Assembly: GCA_025603075.1 (NCBI GenBank)
Contig: MU626361.1
Span: 11,577-75,576, forward strand
From: Neoconidiobolus thromboides FSU 785
Taxonomy: Eukaryota; Fungi; Entomophthoromycota
Reading direction: 5' to 3'
Length of the DNA stretch: 64,000 bases
Shown: positions 38,744-50,427 of the stretch, in pieces
How positions within the stretch are numbered: the stretch's first letter is position 1
How the letters are laid out: every line of letters starts with the position of its first letter
The notes under the pieces: generated by a model
Told to the model about the DNA's origin: nothing
The model's database searches: none
What the model saw: the letters and a program-made list of their open reading frames with translations, nothing else
Position numbers and translations under genes: made by a program

Positions 38744-39475
38744 CTTTCAGTTTTTACTATCAATATAGAGATTTAAATTTAATCATTCTTTGAATAAATT
38801 ATTAATTAAATTTACTTAAAAAGTTTCTAGAAGTATACTCCATGTTATCTTTTATTTATCTTTAATACCATCAAAGTTAAAGAATTATAATTTGTATTTG
38901 ACTCACTAATGTTGGCATAATTTTAATTTTAATTTTATAGTGAGCTATCTAAGTACTTGATGTATTATTATTTAGCATCTTTGAAGTAAGCAGATATAAA
39001 AGCTTAAAATACAAAACATAATATAGCTACACAACTTCAAAAAAATTGTAAGTGATTAAATTAATTATACAGATATATGTGACTTTGTTAATAAAATTAT
39101 TTTTTATCAATATAAATACCACTTAAAATTAGATTTTGATTAAAACATTTTAATTAGTGATATTTGTTAAAGTTTTATATTAAAAATTGTACAAAAAAAA
39201 TGACTACAATCAAAATACTATAGGATACTGTTTTCAAATATTTGACCTATTTAATCTAACAAATGAATCAACGAATATAGATAATAAATAACATTGCATT
39301 ATGGACATTAAATTGAAATCTAGCTTTACAACTCTTATTTTAATTAACCATAAGTAACATTGGTTAAAGTAAACTTCATTGGCTAATTAAGGAAGAATAA
39401 ATCTCCAACAAGCATTTTAAAAATAAATAAAAAATAGAAAATTTTTTTTAGTGCTTTAATTTTTAGAATTTGATA

Positions 39476-41872
39476 ATGTCTGTGATACATTATAAATTTA
39501 AATCAGCAAAAAATTATGATTCTGTTACTTTTGAAGGACTTTCATTCCCTTTATTTAATTTAAAGCGTGAAATCCTCATTGCTCAAAAACTAAGAGGAAC
39601 GGACTCGGATATTATTATCTCAAACGCTCAAACAAACGAAGGTAAATAACAATCTATTTTATTTTTCTTCATTTCATCTTTCTCCCAATACTCTTACCCT
39701 TTATTTATTTCCCTCTAAAAAGCTACCTCTTATGTTTAATAAAGATTTTAATTTTCAAGTCAGCCTTTTTTTAAATTAATTTCTATTTAGATTACCTGGA
39801 TGACTCTATGCTCATTCCTAAAAACACTTCTGTTTATGTAAGAAGAGTTCCTGCTAAGCCCGGGGGTACAAATGCTATGTATTATATATCGGATGATCCA
39901 CAAAACGCTTTACAGGCCAAAACTGGAGAAGTTCATGCGGATTTAAGTTCATATGGGAATAAAGGCAACAATTACAACGATGAAGATGACAATAATCCTG
40001 CTTTTGGCGATATCACTTTATCTATGGATGGCGTTATTCCTGGAGAAAATGAAGAAGAGAAATTGCAAGCACTTTTTGACCAAACCTCAACTCAATGGAG
40101 ACAACAAAACGCTCACATGGGTGGACACCAGGGTTCTTATAGAGGCGGTCAAAACTATTCGGCCCAAAGAAACCAAAATCAGTTTAATAAGCCCATTTCT
40201 GCCAATTATGTATGTCATAAATGTGGTATAAAAGGGCATTATGTTCAAAATTGTCCATCACAGGTCGATAGAAAGAATATGCAGCCTAGAGTAAAAAAAA
40301 CGACAGGTATTCCTCGTTCTTTCCTAAAAAATGTTGAGCAAGTGCCAGATGGAAAAGGTGCAATGGTAGCAAGCGATGGTACTTTAGTTATTGCTCAGGC
40401 CAATAGGTAATTAATATCTATTTTTAACATGTAAATAATAACTTTTTTAGTACTGCTTGGGAAAAAATTAGAATGAATCAAAGAGCATCAGGATTCTCTT
40501 TTGAAGAGCTACGTGAGACTGCACCAATTGTAAATGAATTACAATGTAAAGTATGCCAAAAGCTCTTAGTAAATGCTGTATCTGTTCCTTGCTGTAGAAC
40601 TCTATTCTGTTTAGATTGTAAGATTCTTTGTGTTTTGTTAGTAGAGACTAAACAATTTTTAGGCATTACTGAAGCTTTAATTAATCCTGATCCTGAAAAG
40701 CATTTTAAATGCCCATCTTGTAATAAAGTAGGTATTGTCCCAGACAATTTAATTGCTGAGCATTCAGTCCGGGCAGATGTTGGTGAACATTTAAGAAAGT
40801 GGGCTAAAGATCGTCTTGGTGATAATGGATCTGAACATGAAATGGATAAACCCAACCCTATTGCTGAGGAAAGCAATGATATCCAAGATGATATTCAACC
40901 TCACATTGAACACAATCCAAGACAAATCATTACAGTTGCTGATTCTAGGGACAATCATGTTGATTATTCTAATAGAAGTAATGACTATTCCAATAGAAAT
41001 AACGATTACTCTAATAGAAACAATGACTATTCAAACAGAAATAACGATTATAACTCTAGAAATAATGATTACAATCCTAGAAATCGTAATCAACAGCGTG
41101 AAGGTAAATTCTTTGTTAATTTCAATAATTTGTAGTAAATTGTATAGATGATTTGAAATCAGGTGATGGTCGTTTTAATGAAAACGCTTCAAATACAATT
41201 GAGCTGCCACCATTACACTGGACTCCTGATAATGGTATTACTGGCCATATTACTATACCTCCTATGGAAAAGCTTGTAGGGACGGACTTTTATGACCAAA
41301 ACTTTGGTAAACATAATAAATCAAGGAATGATTATAATAGTGGTAACCAAGGACGTAAGAATTTTCAGTCAGATAGGCGCACTGGTTGTTCACGTGAAAG
41401 AGACAATAGAAGAGGTAGATCCAGTCATTCCAATCGTTCTAGAAGTAGATCTGAAAGGGGTAATCATAACCGAAGGGACTCTCCATCTCCAAGAAGAGGC
41501 CATGAGGGTAATACTTCTTCACGTAAACCCAGAGGTAGATCTAGATCTCGTGATAGGAGATCAAGACGTAGCAGATCCCGTTCTGTAAGAAGATCTCGTT
41601 CACGCTCACCAGCTAATCATAGGGGTCGTAGCCGCCGCTCTCCATCTAGAGATCGTAGAAACAACTATCGTGATGATAGAGATAAAGATAGACGTAGAGG
41701 TAGAGATAGAAGTAGATCCAGGTCTAATACTCGTAACAGCAGCCGAAGAGACACTTCTAGACGTAGGGATAATAAATCTTCAAGAAATTTAAGCCATGAT
41801 CGTCATGATACTCAAAGTAATAAGAATTCCCGCCCAAGTATTACCTCACGCTTAGGGCCTACAAACATGTGA
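39476..41872 (+). CDS. MPE1: Mpe1/RBBP6-like cleavage and polyadenylation factor (DWNN, Zn knuckle, RING, RS tail)
   Basis: MSVIHYKFKSAKNYDSVTFEG, YVCHKCGIKGHYVQNCP, KKTTGIPRSFL, CKVC...PCC...CPSC, RS-rich C-terminus. Confidence 0.9.
40962..41087 (+). repeat. Six coding 21-nt tandem repeats (DYSNRNN-like heptads) in MPE1
   Basis: DYSNRSN DYSNRNN DYSNRNN DYSNRNN DYNSRNN DYNPRNR, with synonymous variation between units. Confidence 0.85.
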
Positions 41873-42386
41873 AGGGGGTTATGATGGTATTTTTGATTCT
41901 TATTTTGCCAAAAAAAACTATTTTTATAATATAATATTAAACTTGTCTTTAATAATTGGGAAATAATGAGCCATCAATTTCATCCACATTTTGATGCTTC
42001 ATAATTCAATACCAAATCAACTCATTCTGGGATATAATTATCAAGCTATTTTAATAAAACTTATGAATATTTCAATTGCCATGTTCTATTTTTTTAGTTG
42101 ATTAGACGATCTTTCGATTCACTTTCTTATATCAACATTAAACTATATTTAATAATGTCTTGTTAGTATCATACTTTTTCAGTATTCTATAAATATTATA
42201 AGAGTTTAATGTTTTGATAAAAAAAAGTTTATAAAAACTTATTTTGAGTATACTAAAAATAGCAATAATGCTTGAACTAAAAAACCATTTCTAAGCATTC
42301 AAAAGTTTAACAATATATAAAATCAAAATATAAGTATAAACCAATACGTTAGGTGCATTTATTAAAATATATTAACACATAAAAGT

Positions 42387-43319
42387 TTAAGCAGCTTTAG
42401 CTTTCTTTATTTCTTCTTGGATTTTAGAGTATTCTTTTTGTTGATCATCAATCTTCTTTTTTAAATTATCAAAATCAGCAGATTTTTCTTTAGCTAAAAG
42501 TAATTCATCGTTAAGACGATCTAGTTCTTTAACTTGTTCATCGAACTTTTGGCTAATTTCGGATCCGTTAGGTGCCTAACAATTATTATTAGAATTAAAA
42601 TCTATAAAATTTATAGCTAATACATTTGATTCTAAGATGGTTAACTTTTCTTTAGTGTTTAAAAGCTCTATAATTTGTTCGAAGGTATAATTCAAAATAC
42701 TAATAAAAGATTAGGAATAACGTTTGTTAAGGCAAATTATCTTACAATGAAAGGAACATAGTGATTCCGCACAAATATCTAGTATAAGATTAAAAAACGA
42801 AAATGGTAGTATAATTAAATATTATTACACGTTACGTTGAGCAAAAAACTTTTTAACTTGAATAGATGTATCTGTACGAACATCAACAGTGCCCTCAGTA
42901 ATCTCACCTTTCTCTAATGCCTTATTCAAACCATTTATAGAATCTTTACAACATTAAATAATTATTAAATTAAAAGATATATTTCTACCTATAAATAAAA
43001 TAAAGATGAAACTAAGAAAATTAGTTAATAATCAAATAAATAATAAATTAGTTTACACTCCAACAATTTTGAGGGTATATTGAACTCGACTGATCACATT
43101 ATTCTTAATCCATACCAGCATCCTTTGACGCATAGTATTTGGCAATGGGATCTTTACAATTAAAAGTTAAAATACAAACCAAAAAACCAAAAAACTTTAT
43201 ACCATCAAGCCAATATAAGTAATAATCTATAGTAACGTTTAGTATTATATCATTTAAATGGATTCAATGTTTACCTCTGACACTAAAAGTCCAAATACAA
43301 ATTTGTGATACAAAGCCAT
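42387..43319 (-). CDS. BAP29/BAP31 (Yet-family) ER membrane protein (multi-exon, absent from ORF track)
   Basis: MALYHKFVFGLLVSE, IPLPNTMRQRML, KKFFAQRN and a coiled-coil tail ending DDQQKEYSKIQEEIKKAKAA*. Confidence 0.75.
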
Positions 43320-44289
43320 TTTTAAATTAATCAAAAGCAATTGTTGAGTTTTAATATTTATAGTATAACTCCTATGACGTAACAATTAGGGAATGGAATT
43401 TTTCTAATTTTTTTATTATGACCAAACATATTTTTTATCAAGTAGGAAAGATTAACCAATGAAGTTGACTTTTAAATCATTATTGCTTGTCTTAGTAAAA
43501 AATAAATGTCTAAAAAAATGGTGATAAAGTTTAAATTCATTGTTCATTATTTGGGTCATCACAACTTAAATTTCATATTTGATGTTTTAACTCGGTAAAT
43601 CTCATACTTTCAATTTTTCACTACTTTAGTTTAGCATAGCGTTTTAAAAATTTTCTTAGTTTTTAGTTTTGTATACAATGTTTTCAACATATTACAGGCT
43701 ACTTCAAAATAATATAAATAAAATTATTGATTTTTTAAATAGTTGTTAAAAATGAAAGTAGACAAAATGTAAAAATTACACTTGTTCAATTTTTTGAGAT
43801 AGCTATGATAGGTTGAAAATATTATATTAAGAGGCAAAAGTTTTTAAATGCTCCTTCAAACTCAACTATCTATATCTATTATAAAAAGATTTTTTAGTAA
43901 TCATATACTTATGTTATAATAGTTGAATTAAATTAACAAAATAAACAAAAAAATCATTCTAAGTATTCTTTATTAGGAACTTTTTATTTTTTTGCTTAAA
44001 ATTTTATTAAATGTATTTTTGAGCTCATAGATAATTATGAGAAATCAAGCTATAAAAAAGAACTTATATTTTAAATGTTTTAAATTAAATCAGATAAAAA
44101 TTAAATAGCTAATAAAAAAACTATTATTTAATTATAAGAAACATTACTTCTATACTTAATATCTATATTTAATAGTTATTATAAAAAATTATTCTTAACA
44201 TTATTATTTTTATCTTCTATAATAAAATTTAGTTATTTTAAATTTTAAACTTTTACAAATACAACTGTAAAAAAATTATTATTTTAGTT

Positions 44290-44760
44290 TTTTGTATTGT
44301 GAAATCTGGTACTCAGTGGTTGGAGTTAAAAGCAATTTTTGCTTGATTAATTAATTATAAGTTGAAGGGTTTTAGTTTATGTAACCAAGATAGTTTTGAA
44401 TTATGAACAATAGCATATAATAAGTTATGGATATGTAAGATAAATCAAATAGATGATACTGTTGTAAAATTTATATGAAATATTATAAGAAAGATCTAGC
44501 AACTTTATTAAAAGTACAACATCAGGAGATAATTCAGTTAGAAAGCCTTGAGTTATTATGTTCTATAGTCTCTTTTATACTCCAACAAGTATGGATATCA
44601 AAACGGGGAGATAATATCCTTCAGAGTCATGTGACAGAAATCCTCATACCAAATCAAGATAAGGGCTTGGGATTGATTGTGCCTGGACTCGAGAACATAA
44701 TGACCTAAGTGATTCTTTGTTATAATTAATCATAGAGCTGATAAAGCAGTATTCCATAAT
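44290..44760 (+). repeat. Left arm of inverted duplication (perfect core 44508-44741)
   Basis: Core is the exact reverse complement of 45780-46013; flanks remain alignable but diverged. Confidence 0.9.
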
Positions 44761-44778
44761 ATTTCACAAGATTAATAT

Positions 44779-44877
44779 GGAGCTGTTTTTTTTAGTTTCA
44801 TTGTTTTTCCATTTTCTAAGCGCTATTTGAGTGGAAAGATTGTTAATAGAATTCTTAAACACAAAAAACACATCCCC
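44779..44877 (+). mobile_element. MITE family A
   Basis: GGAGCTGT...CACATCCCC, TSD ATAT. Confidence 0.88.
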
Positions 44878-44968
44878 ATATGTTTAATCATAAAAAACTA
44901 CTCAGATATAATATATAGAATCTTAACAATAACACTATTAAATTTAAAAATAAATCTAGATTTTATAC

Positions 44969-45065
44969 GGGGGTGTTTTTTGGTTTCATTACTTTTTCCA
45001 TTTCTTAAGGGCTATTTGAGTGGAAAAATTTCTAGTTAAGTTCTCAAACAAAAAAACAAATTCTC
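44969..45065 (+). mobile_element. MITE family A (eroded right end)
   Basis: GGGGGTGTTTTTTGGTTTCAT...GCTATTTGAGTGGAAAA core. Confidence 0.75.
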
Positions 45066-45166
45066 ATATTCAGCTAGATCCTGTTTTTAAAATTAAAAAA
45101 ATAACTTACATCAAGCTCTACTTAATTTATTTGTTTATAAAACAACATCTATTTTTAATAACAAAT

Positions 45167-45264
45167 GGGGATGTTTTTTTGTGTTTAAGAATTCTATTAA
45201 CAATCTTTCCACTCAAATAGCGCTTAGAAAATGGAAAAATAATGAAATCAAAAAAAACATCACC
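45167..45264 (-). mobile_element. MITE family A, inverted relative to 44779 copy
   Basis: About 65 contiguous nt identical to the reverse complement of the 44779 copy. Confidence 0.85.
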
Positions 45265-45759
45265 AACATTATTACAAAAGCCTGACTACCACTAGTATTA
45301 ATACCAAATTTATTAAATTATATATATTCATCTTAAAATTAGTTTTAATAATCTATTTAATAACTTTTCCACTCTGTGTTAGCATATTCATCCTAATTTT
45401 AGATTTTTTAATATGCATGAACAGTTTTCATTATACTATACTTTTTTAAATTTAATGCATTTACCTAATTTTTATAAAAACATTTTATAAAAGAAAGTTA
45501 TTTTATAATTTTAATAACTATTCTAATAATAAATATATAATAATTATCTATTTTAAACCTTCATAAATAATCTTTATAAGAATACTAGTATACTAATTAA
45601 TAGTTTATTTAAACTTAGCTTAATATTTAACTTTATTAAAATTATAGTTACTATATTAAAGCTTTTTAAAATATATTTGAATATTAGTAACTAGACTTCT
45701 AAAACTTATTTTTAATATTTAATAATACAATCATTTAATAAAAGGCTATTTTAGTTTAT

Positions 45760-46230
45760 AATCATGAAATATCACTTTGTCAGCTCTATGATTAATTATA
45801 ACAAAGAATCACTTAGGTCATTATGTTCTCGAGTCCAGGCACAATCAATCCCAAGCCCTTATCTTGATTTGGTATGAGGATTTCTGTCACATGACTCTGA
45901 AGGATATTATCTCCCCGTTTTGATATCCATACTTGTTGGAGTATAAAAGAGACTATAGAACATAATAACTCAAGGCTTTCTAACTGAATTATCTCCTGAT
46001 GTTGTACTTTTAACAGAGCCACTAAATTCTCTTAATAGTAATTTAGGTAGATTTTACAGTAGTATCATCTATTCTATTGTCTTACATAGTCTATAGCATA
46101 TTACTTGCTATTATTTGCAACTTAAGTCTACCTTAGTCACATAAACTAAGATCTTCCGACTTACAGTATAGTCAATAAGTAATAATTGTTTTGGCTCCAT
46201 TCACTGAATATCAAATTTCACACAATTTTA
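45760..46230 (-). repeat. Right arm of inverted duplication (perfect core 45780-46013)
   Basis: Reverse complement of the left arm. Confidence 0.9.
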
Positions 46231-46623
46231 TAGTTAAATTAATTCTAATTTGTATAGTAAATTAAGTTAACTTCAAGTAATTTTGCTATTAAAAGCTGTT
46301 GTATTTTTGAATTTAAGTACAACTAATTTAAAACTTTCCATTTAGATTTACTACAAAATTTTTACAGTATGATTATAAAAATAATATTTTTGTATTTTAA
46401 TATCTACATTTAACAATTATAATAAAGAATAACTATTGTATTTTTATATACAATTATTTAATTAAAGTATAAAATTTTTTTAACATGGTAATTTAAAACT
46501 TTCTTTAAATTATTTTTTAATATTATATACTTTAATCAAATTATTAAACTTTATAGTATTTTATGTAAATTTTATATTTTGAGTTATATAGTCAAAATGA
46601 ACTTTAATTTATAAACATAATGT

Positions 46624-46722
46624 GGGGCTGTATTTTTGTGTTTGAGAATTTTACTAACAAATTTTCCACTCAAATAGCACTTAAAAGATAGAAAAAGTGA
46701 TGAAGCCAAAAAAAATATCCCC
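46624..46722 (-). mobile_element. MITE family A
   Basis: GGGGCTGTATTTTTG...AAAATATCCCC, flanks ATGT/ATAT. Confidence 0.85.
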
Positions 46723-46830
46723 ATATGCAATTTTTATGCAAATCATAGGAAATAAATGAAAAAATACTTTTTTATTTAAACTAATTGAAATAAAAGTTTT
46801 AATGACTTATTATATAATAAGCTATTATAT

Positions 46831-46929
46831 GGGGATGTTTTTTTTGGCTTCATCACTCTTTTGATTTTTCAGGTACTATTTAAGTAGAAAGATTATTAAT
46901 AAAATTCTTAAACACAAAAATACATCCAC
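46831..46929 (+). mobile_element. MITE family A
   Basis: GGGGATGT...ACATCCAC, TSD ATAT. Confidence 0.85.
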
Positions 46930-47535
46930 ATATACATAAAATAGCTTTGTTTTTTAGGTTTATTTATATTAATGGATGTTTATTAATTATTTGGTTTTTA
47001 TTTAATTTTATTTGGTTTGATTTAAAGCATTTAAAATATAACTTTCACTTTTCATAAATTAATTTTTTATAATTATTTATAAGCTTAAAAATTTTAATAG
47101 TTGAATTTCATCTAATTTAGTTTCTACAAAAATTGCAAACCAAGTATAAAATGCTATTAAGTTAGATGTTTTCTTAATTTTATATTATATAAGAATATTT
47201 TTTATCCAGTATTCATTTAAAAAAAACTTAACACTATGCTATATATAAAATGGACAAAAAAGCAAATTACAAAATTTTACAATTTTAACTGACTTTTTAT
47301 TAAACCTACATATATTAAAATCAAAAAAAACAAATTATTTATAGTGAGAATATTCAAACATAAAAATCACAACTGTAGAATCAAATTAATGCAGTTAATA
47401 GTAACAAAAACTTGGCAAAAAAAATAAAATTTTGTATTATGATTGGCTTATTTTATGAGCATCTCATTCAATCCAAAAAAATTCCATGACATAAGTTGTC
47501 AGATTCATCTATGATTCTTAGCTTTTATTATCAAA

Positions 47536-49635
47536 ATGGATGAAGTCAACAAAAAAAAGGAGGATGAAAAAAACAATTCTGGAGATGATAAATCAACAAA
47601 AGAGCCTACATACTGGTATCAGCAACCTGAAGTAGTGCCTGGACCTCTTCCAATATTAAGTCGTCCGGAGAGAAACAAAAACAATGTTGCAGCAGAAGAG
47701 ATTGCCCCCAATATTTTCATTAAAGACCCAAAGTCTTTACCTACCGACTTATCCAAGTTCCAAAGACCAAGGGGATACTATGAACAACTTAAAGCTGATC
47801 CTGAACTAGTCGCTCCTCCTTATGAGGAGCCAAAACTCATCGGCTCGAAGCCCAAACTTGGGTTAACAGTTAGAAAGAAAAAATTATACAGCGATAAACC
47901 AACTCCAGATGGTATAGGAAGGCATGTGATGCAGATCCGCAACGCAGATGACATCAAAGACCTTGAAGCTCCTTTGAAATTAATTCGTAAAGAAGTTCGC
48001 CTTTATGCTGAGAAAACTAAAGAAGAACTCGCAGAGATAGCTAAAAATGAAGCTAAGAATCTTGGAACAGGCGGTGGTGCGAATGCTAAAGGAGGAGCCT
48101 CACAAGGAGGTACAGGATACAATAAGCAAAATATGTTCAAGAAAAAGACAATTCAGATTTTTGAGCATGATAAAGAAGCTCGAGAAATAAAATTACGTGA
48201 AGCGCTGCCTTGGGTTGTAGCAGATGCAAATGGTATTGAACATCTTAAAGGAAAACACGATGAAGAGGAAGACATTCGTTATATTGCTTTAATTAAAGGA
48301 AAAAATGGAAGAACATATATCAAAAAAGTAGATCGCATTTATAATTTTACTTACCGTCCACCAACCAGTGAGCTTACCCTAGAGCAAAAAGAAAATCTCA
48401 TTAGAGTGAGAAACAAAACCAAGAAAGGAGGAAGTCTCAAGTCTAAAATTGGTGATGCTCTTAAGAGTATGTTAAAGAAAGATAAAGAATCAGATGTAAC
48501 TGCTAGTGCATTTGGCGGGTACAATCCTCTTAAACTTAAAACAGTACATGGAGCACAAAACTATAGTGATTTTAACAATGGCCGTGGGGAAGATATGGAG
48601 GAGGTTGACTACGATGAAGATTTTCAAGATGATGATGAAGGAGTTGCCGCAGATGACATTGATGAGGATACAAAAGCCTTTGAAGATAGAGTTAAGAAAA
48701 GCCAACAGCGTTTGAATCCTGCTGGATATTTCGATGATGACATGTTTGGAGAGGATAAGGATGAGGGTAGTAAGTCTGAAAACAACAAAGAAGACGAAGA
48801 GGAAGATAGCGAGAATGTAGCCGAAGAAATTGAAGAGCAGATAATTGAAGAACAAATGGCTGATCTCAGTAACAACAACGCGAATGATTCTGATTCTTCA
48901 TTTAACGAATCAGACATTGAAAAGATGGATACTGCGGTTGAAAATAAGCGTGATGCACAAAAAGCGTTAGCAAATGGATCTCCCGTAAGTAAATCAGGAT
49001 TGAAAAAGAGAGAAGCATCTAAACTTAAGTTAGAATCTAGAAAAGGGTCAAAAGGAAAAAAGGCAGAATCTAGCTCCAAACCAGCTAGTACAAACCAAAG
49101 TGGTCTTAAACGTGGAACTAAAAATACTAGCCAAGCTATTCAAAATGTACTTCAACGCCAAAAATTAGATGAAAAGAGAGCAAGAGATTTACAAACTGAT
49201 CCAATTGCTAGAGCTAGAGCAGCTGCAAATCAGCCACTTAGACCATCACCACTTTCTCAAACTACCACTCTTAACCCTTCCTCTCAATCAAAGAGGCCAG
49301 CTGATGGAGCATTAGATGCGAACAAACAACCTAGGCAAAAGGTGTCACAAAGTCCAAACAGTCAAAACTCAGAATCAAGAAACCGAGCTACAGTTTCAAA
49401 TGCAGGTACTGATTTGCAAAGCCTATTTCAACCTAAAAATGTTGTAAAGATTGTTGAAGAAAACCCTGGTATTACTCCAGTTCAAGTATATGAGAAGTTT
49501 AAAAAAAAACACAATCTTGAAGAGGCCTCGGAAGAGGATTTAGCTATTCTTCGTAAGTTTATATCCAAAGTTATTACCAGAGATCCAGGAACTAACAAGG
49601 CTGTTGTTAAAGAGAAGTTTAGATCTCTAAGATAA
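47536..49635 (+). CDS. TFG1: General transcription factor TFIIF large subunit (RAP74)
   Basis: LPWVVAD, YNFTYRP...LTLEQ, EEVDYDEDFQDDDE acidic motif, C-terminal winged-helix-like region; single exon. Confidence 0.8.
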   Translation: MDEVNKKKEDEKNNSGDDKSTKEPTYWYQQPEVVPGPLPILSRPERNKNNVAAEEIAPNIFIKDPKSLPTDLSKFQRPRGYYEQLKADPELVAPPYEEPKLIGSKPKLGLTVRKKKLYSDKPTPDGIGRHVMQIRNADDIKDLEAPLKLIRKEVRLYAEKTKEELAEIAKNEAKNLGTGGGANAKGGASQGGTGYNKQNMFKKKTIQIFEHDKEAREIKLREALPWVVADANGIEHLKGKHDEEEDIRYIALIKGKNGRTYIKKVDRIYNFTYRPPTSELTLEQKENLIRVRNKTKKGGSLKSKIGDALKSMLKKDKESDVTASAFGGYNPLKLKTVHGAQNYSDFNNGRGEDMEEVDYDEDFQDDDEGVAADDIDEDTKAFEDRVKKSQQRLNPAGYFDDDMFGEDKDEGSKSENNKEDEEEDSENVAEEIEEQIIEEQMADLSNNNANDSDSSFNESDIEKMDTAVENKRDAQKALANGSPVSKSGLKKREASKLKLESRKGSKGKKAESSSKPASTNQSGLKRGTKNTSQAIQNVLQRQKLDEKRARDLQTDPIARARAAANQPLRPSPLSQTTTLNPSSQSKRPADGALDANKQPRQKVSQSPNSQNSESRNRATVSNAGTDLQSLFQPKNVVKIVEENPGITPVQVYEKFKKKHNLEEASEEDLAILRKFISKVITRDPGTNKAVVKEKFRSLR

Positions 49636-50427
49636 AGGCTAGGTGATTGTAAGATTCAATTTTGGAAGTAATTGATGGAGCTTTAGCTTATTAATAGCTA
49701 GCATTATTAGTTTTAGTTTTTTCAATATTAAAGCAATTTGAGGTCATGTTAGTATTTATTACCTGTTATTTTTAACGATTTTTTAATTAATTTATATTTA
49801 TATTTAAACAAAAATATTATTAATAATATTAAAACATTTCTTTACTATCATTGTAAGTAAAATTTAATAGAATGTCCAAAACAAATGTATTTGGAAGTTT
49901 ACATATTGTATATTTTGTATATACACTAGATGTTCATTAGGCATGTTAGCACTGTCTAGATAGCGATCAGATCCTTTGTTACGAGAGGGAAAAGGAGGTT
50001 TTTACTACTATCAGAAAAGCAGTGGTCATATCTTAATGTGTATAATTATAGTAGCCTTGCTTATCAGTTATAGCTATGATATTAACTAATTTTATTGGAT
50101 ATAATTGTAGCTTCCTTATATGAGTCTTAAAACTTTACACATTATTGAATCCAAATCAATAGCTTTTTAATTCATTAATATATATTCAACTATTAATTTT
50201 TGTTAGTTCTTACTGTAAGTGTTTTGAAAGCATTAACTGTAATCTATTCTAAAAAAAGTAAATTTGAGTTAAATGCTGACCAACTTTGAGCCACAAAAGA
50301 ACTTTGATTTCACTCAAACTTATTGGCTAGCTTTAAAATTAGATTTTACCTAATTAAACTAACCAAAAATTTCGACTAATTTAAAGACTCATTTTATATC
50401 ATATCTAGCTTGGTCCTAATTCAATAA

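Noticed and set aside
40962-41087. CRISPR-like array
   Set aside because: Contiguous in-frame coding repeats without unique spacers in a eukaryotic gene.
44475-46022. Twin ORFs 44475..44708 (+) and 45813..46022 (-) with identical peptide as a duplicated gene
   Set aside because: Identity is explained by the perfect repeat core; the frame is not conserved in the diverged flanks and no motif is recognisable.
49940-50130. GC-richer intergenic patch as possible snRNA/tRNA
   Set aside because: No recognisable U-snRNA, tRNA A/B-box or snoRNA box arrangement.
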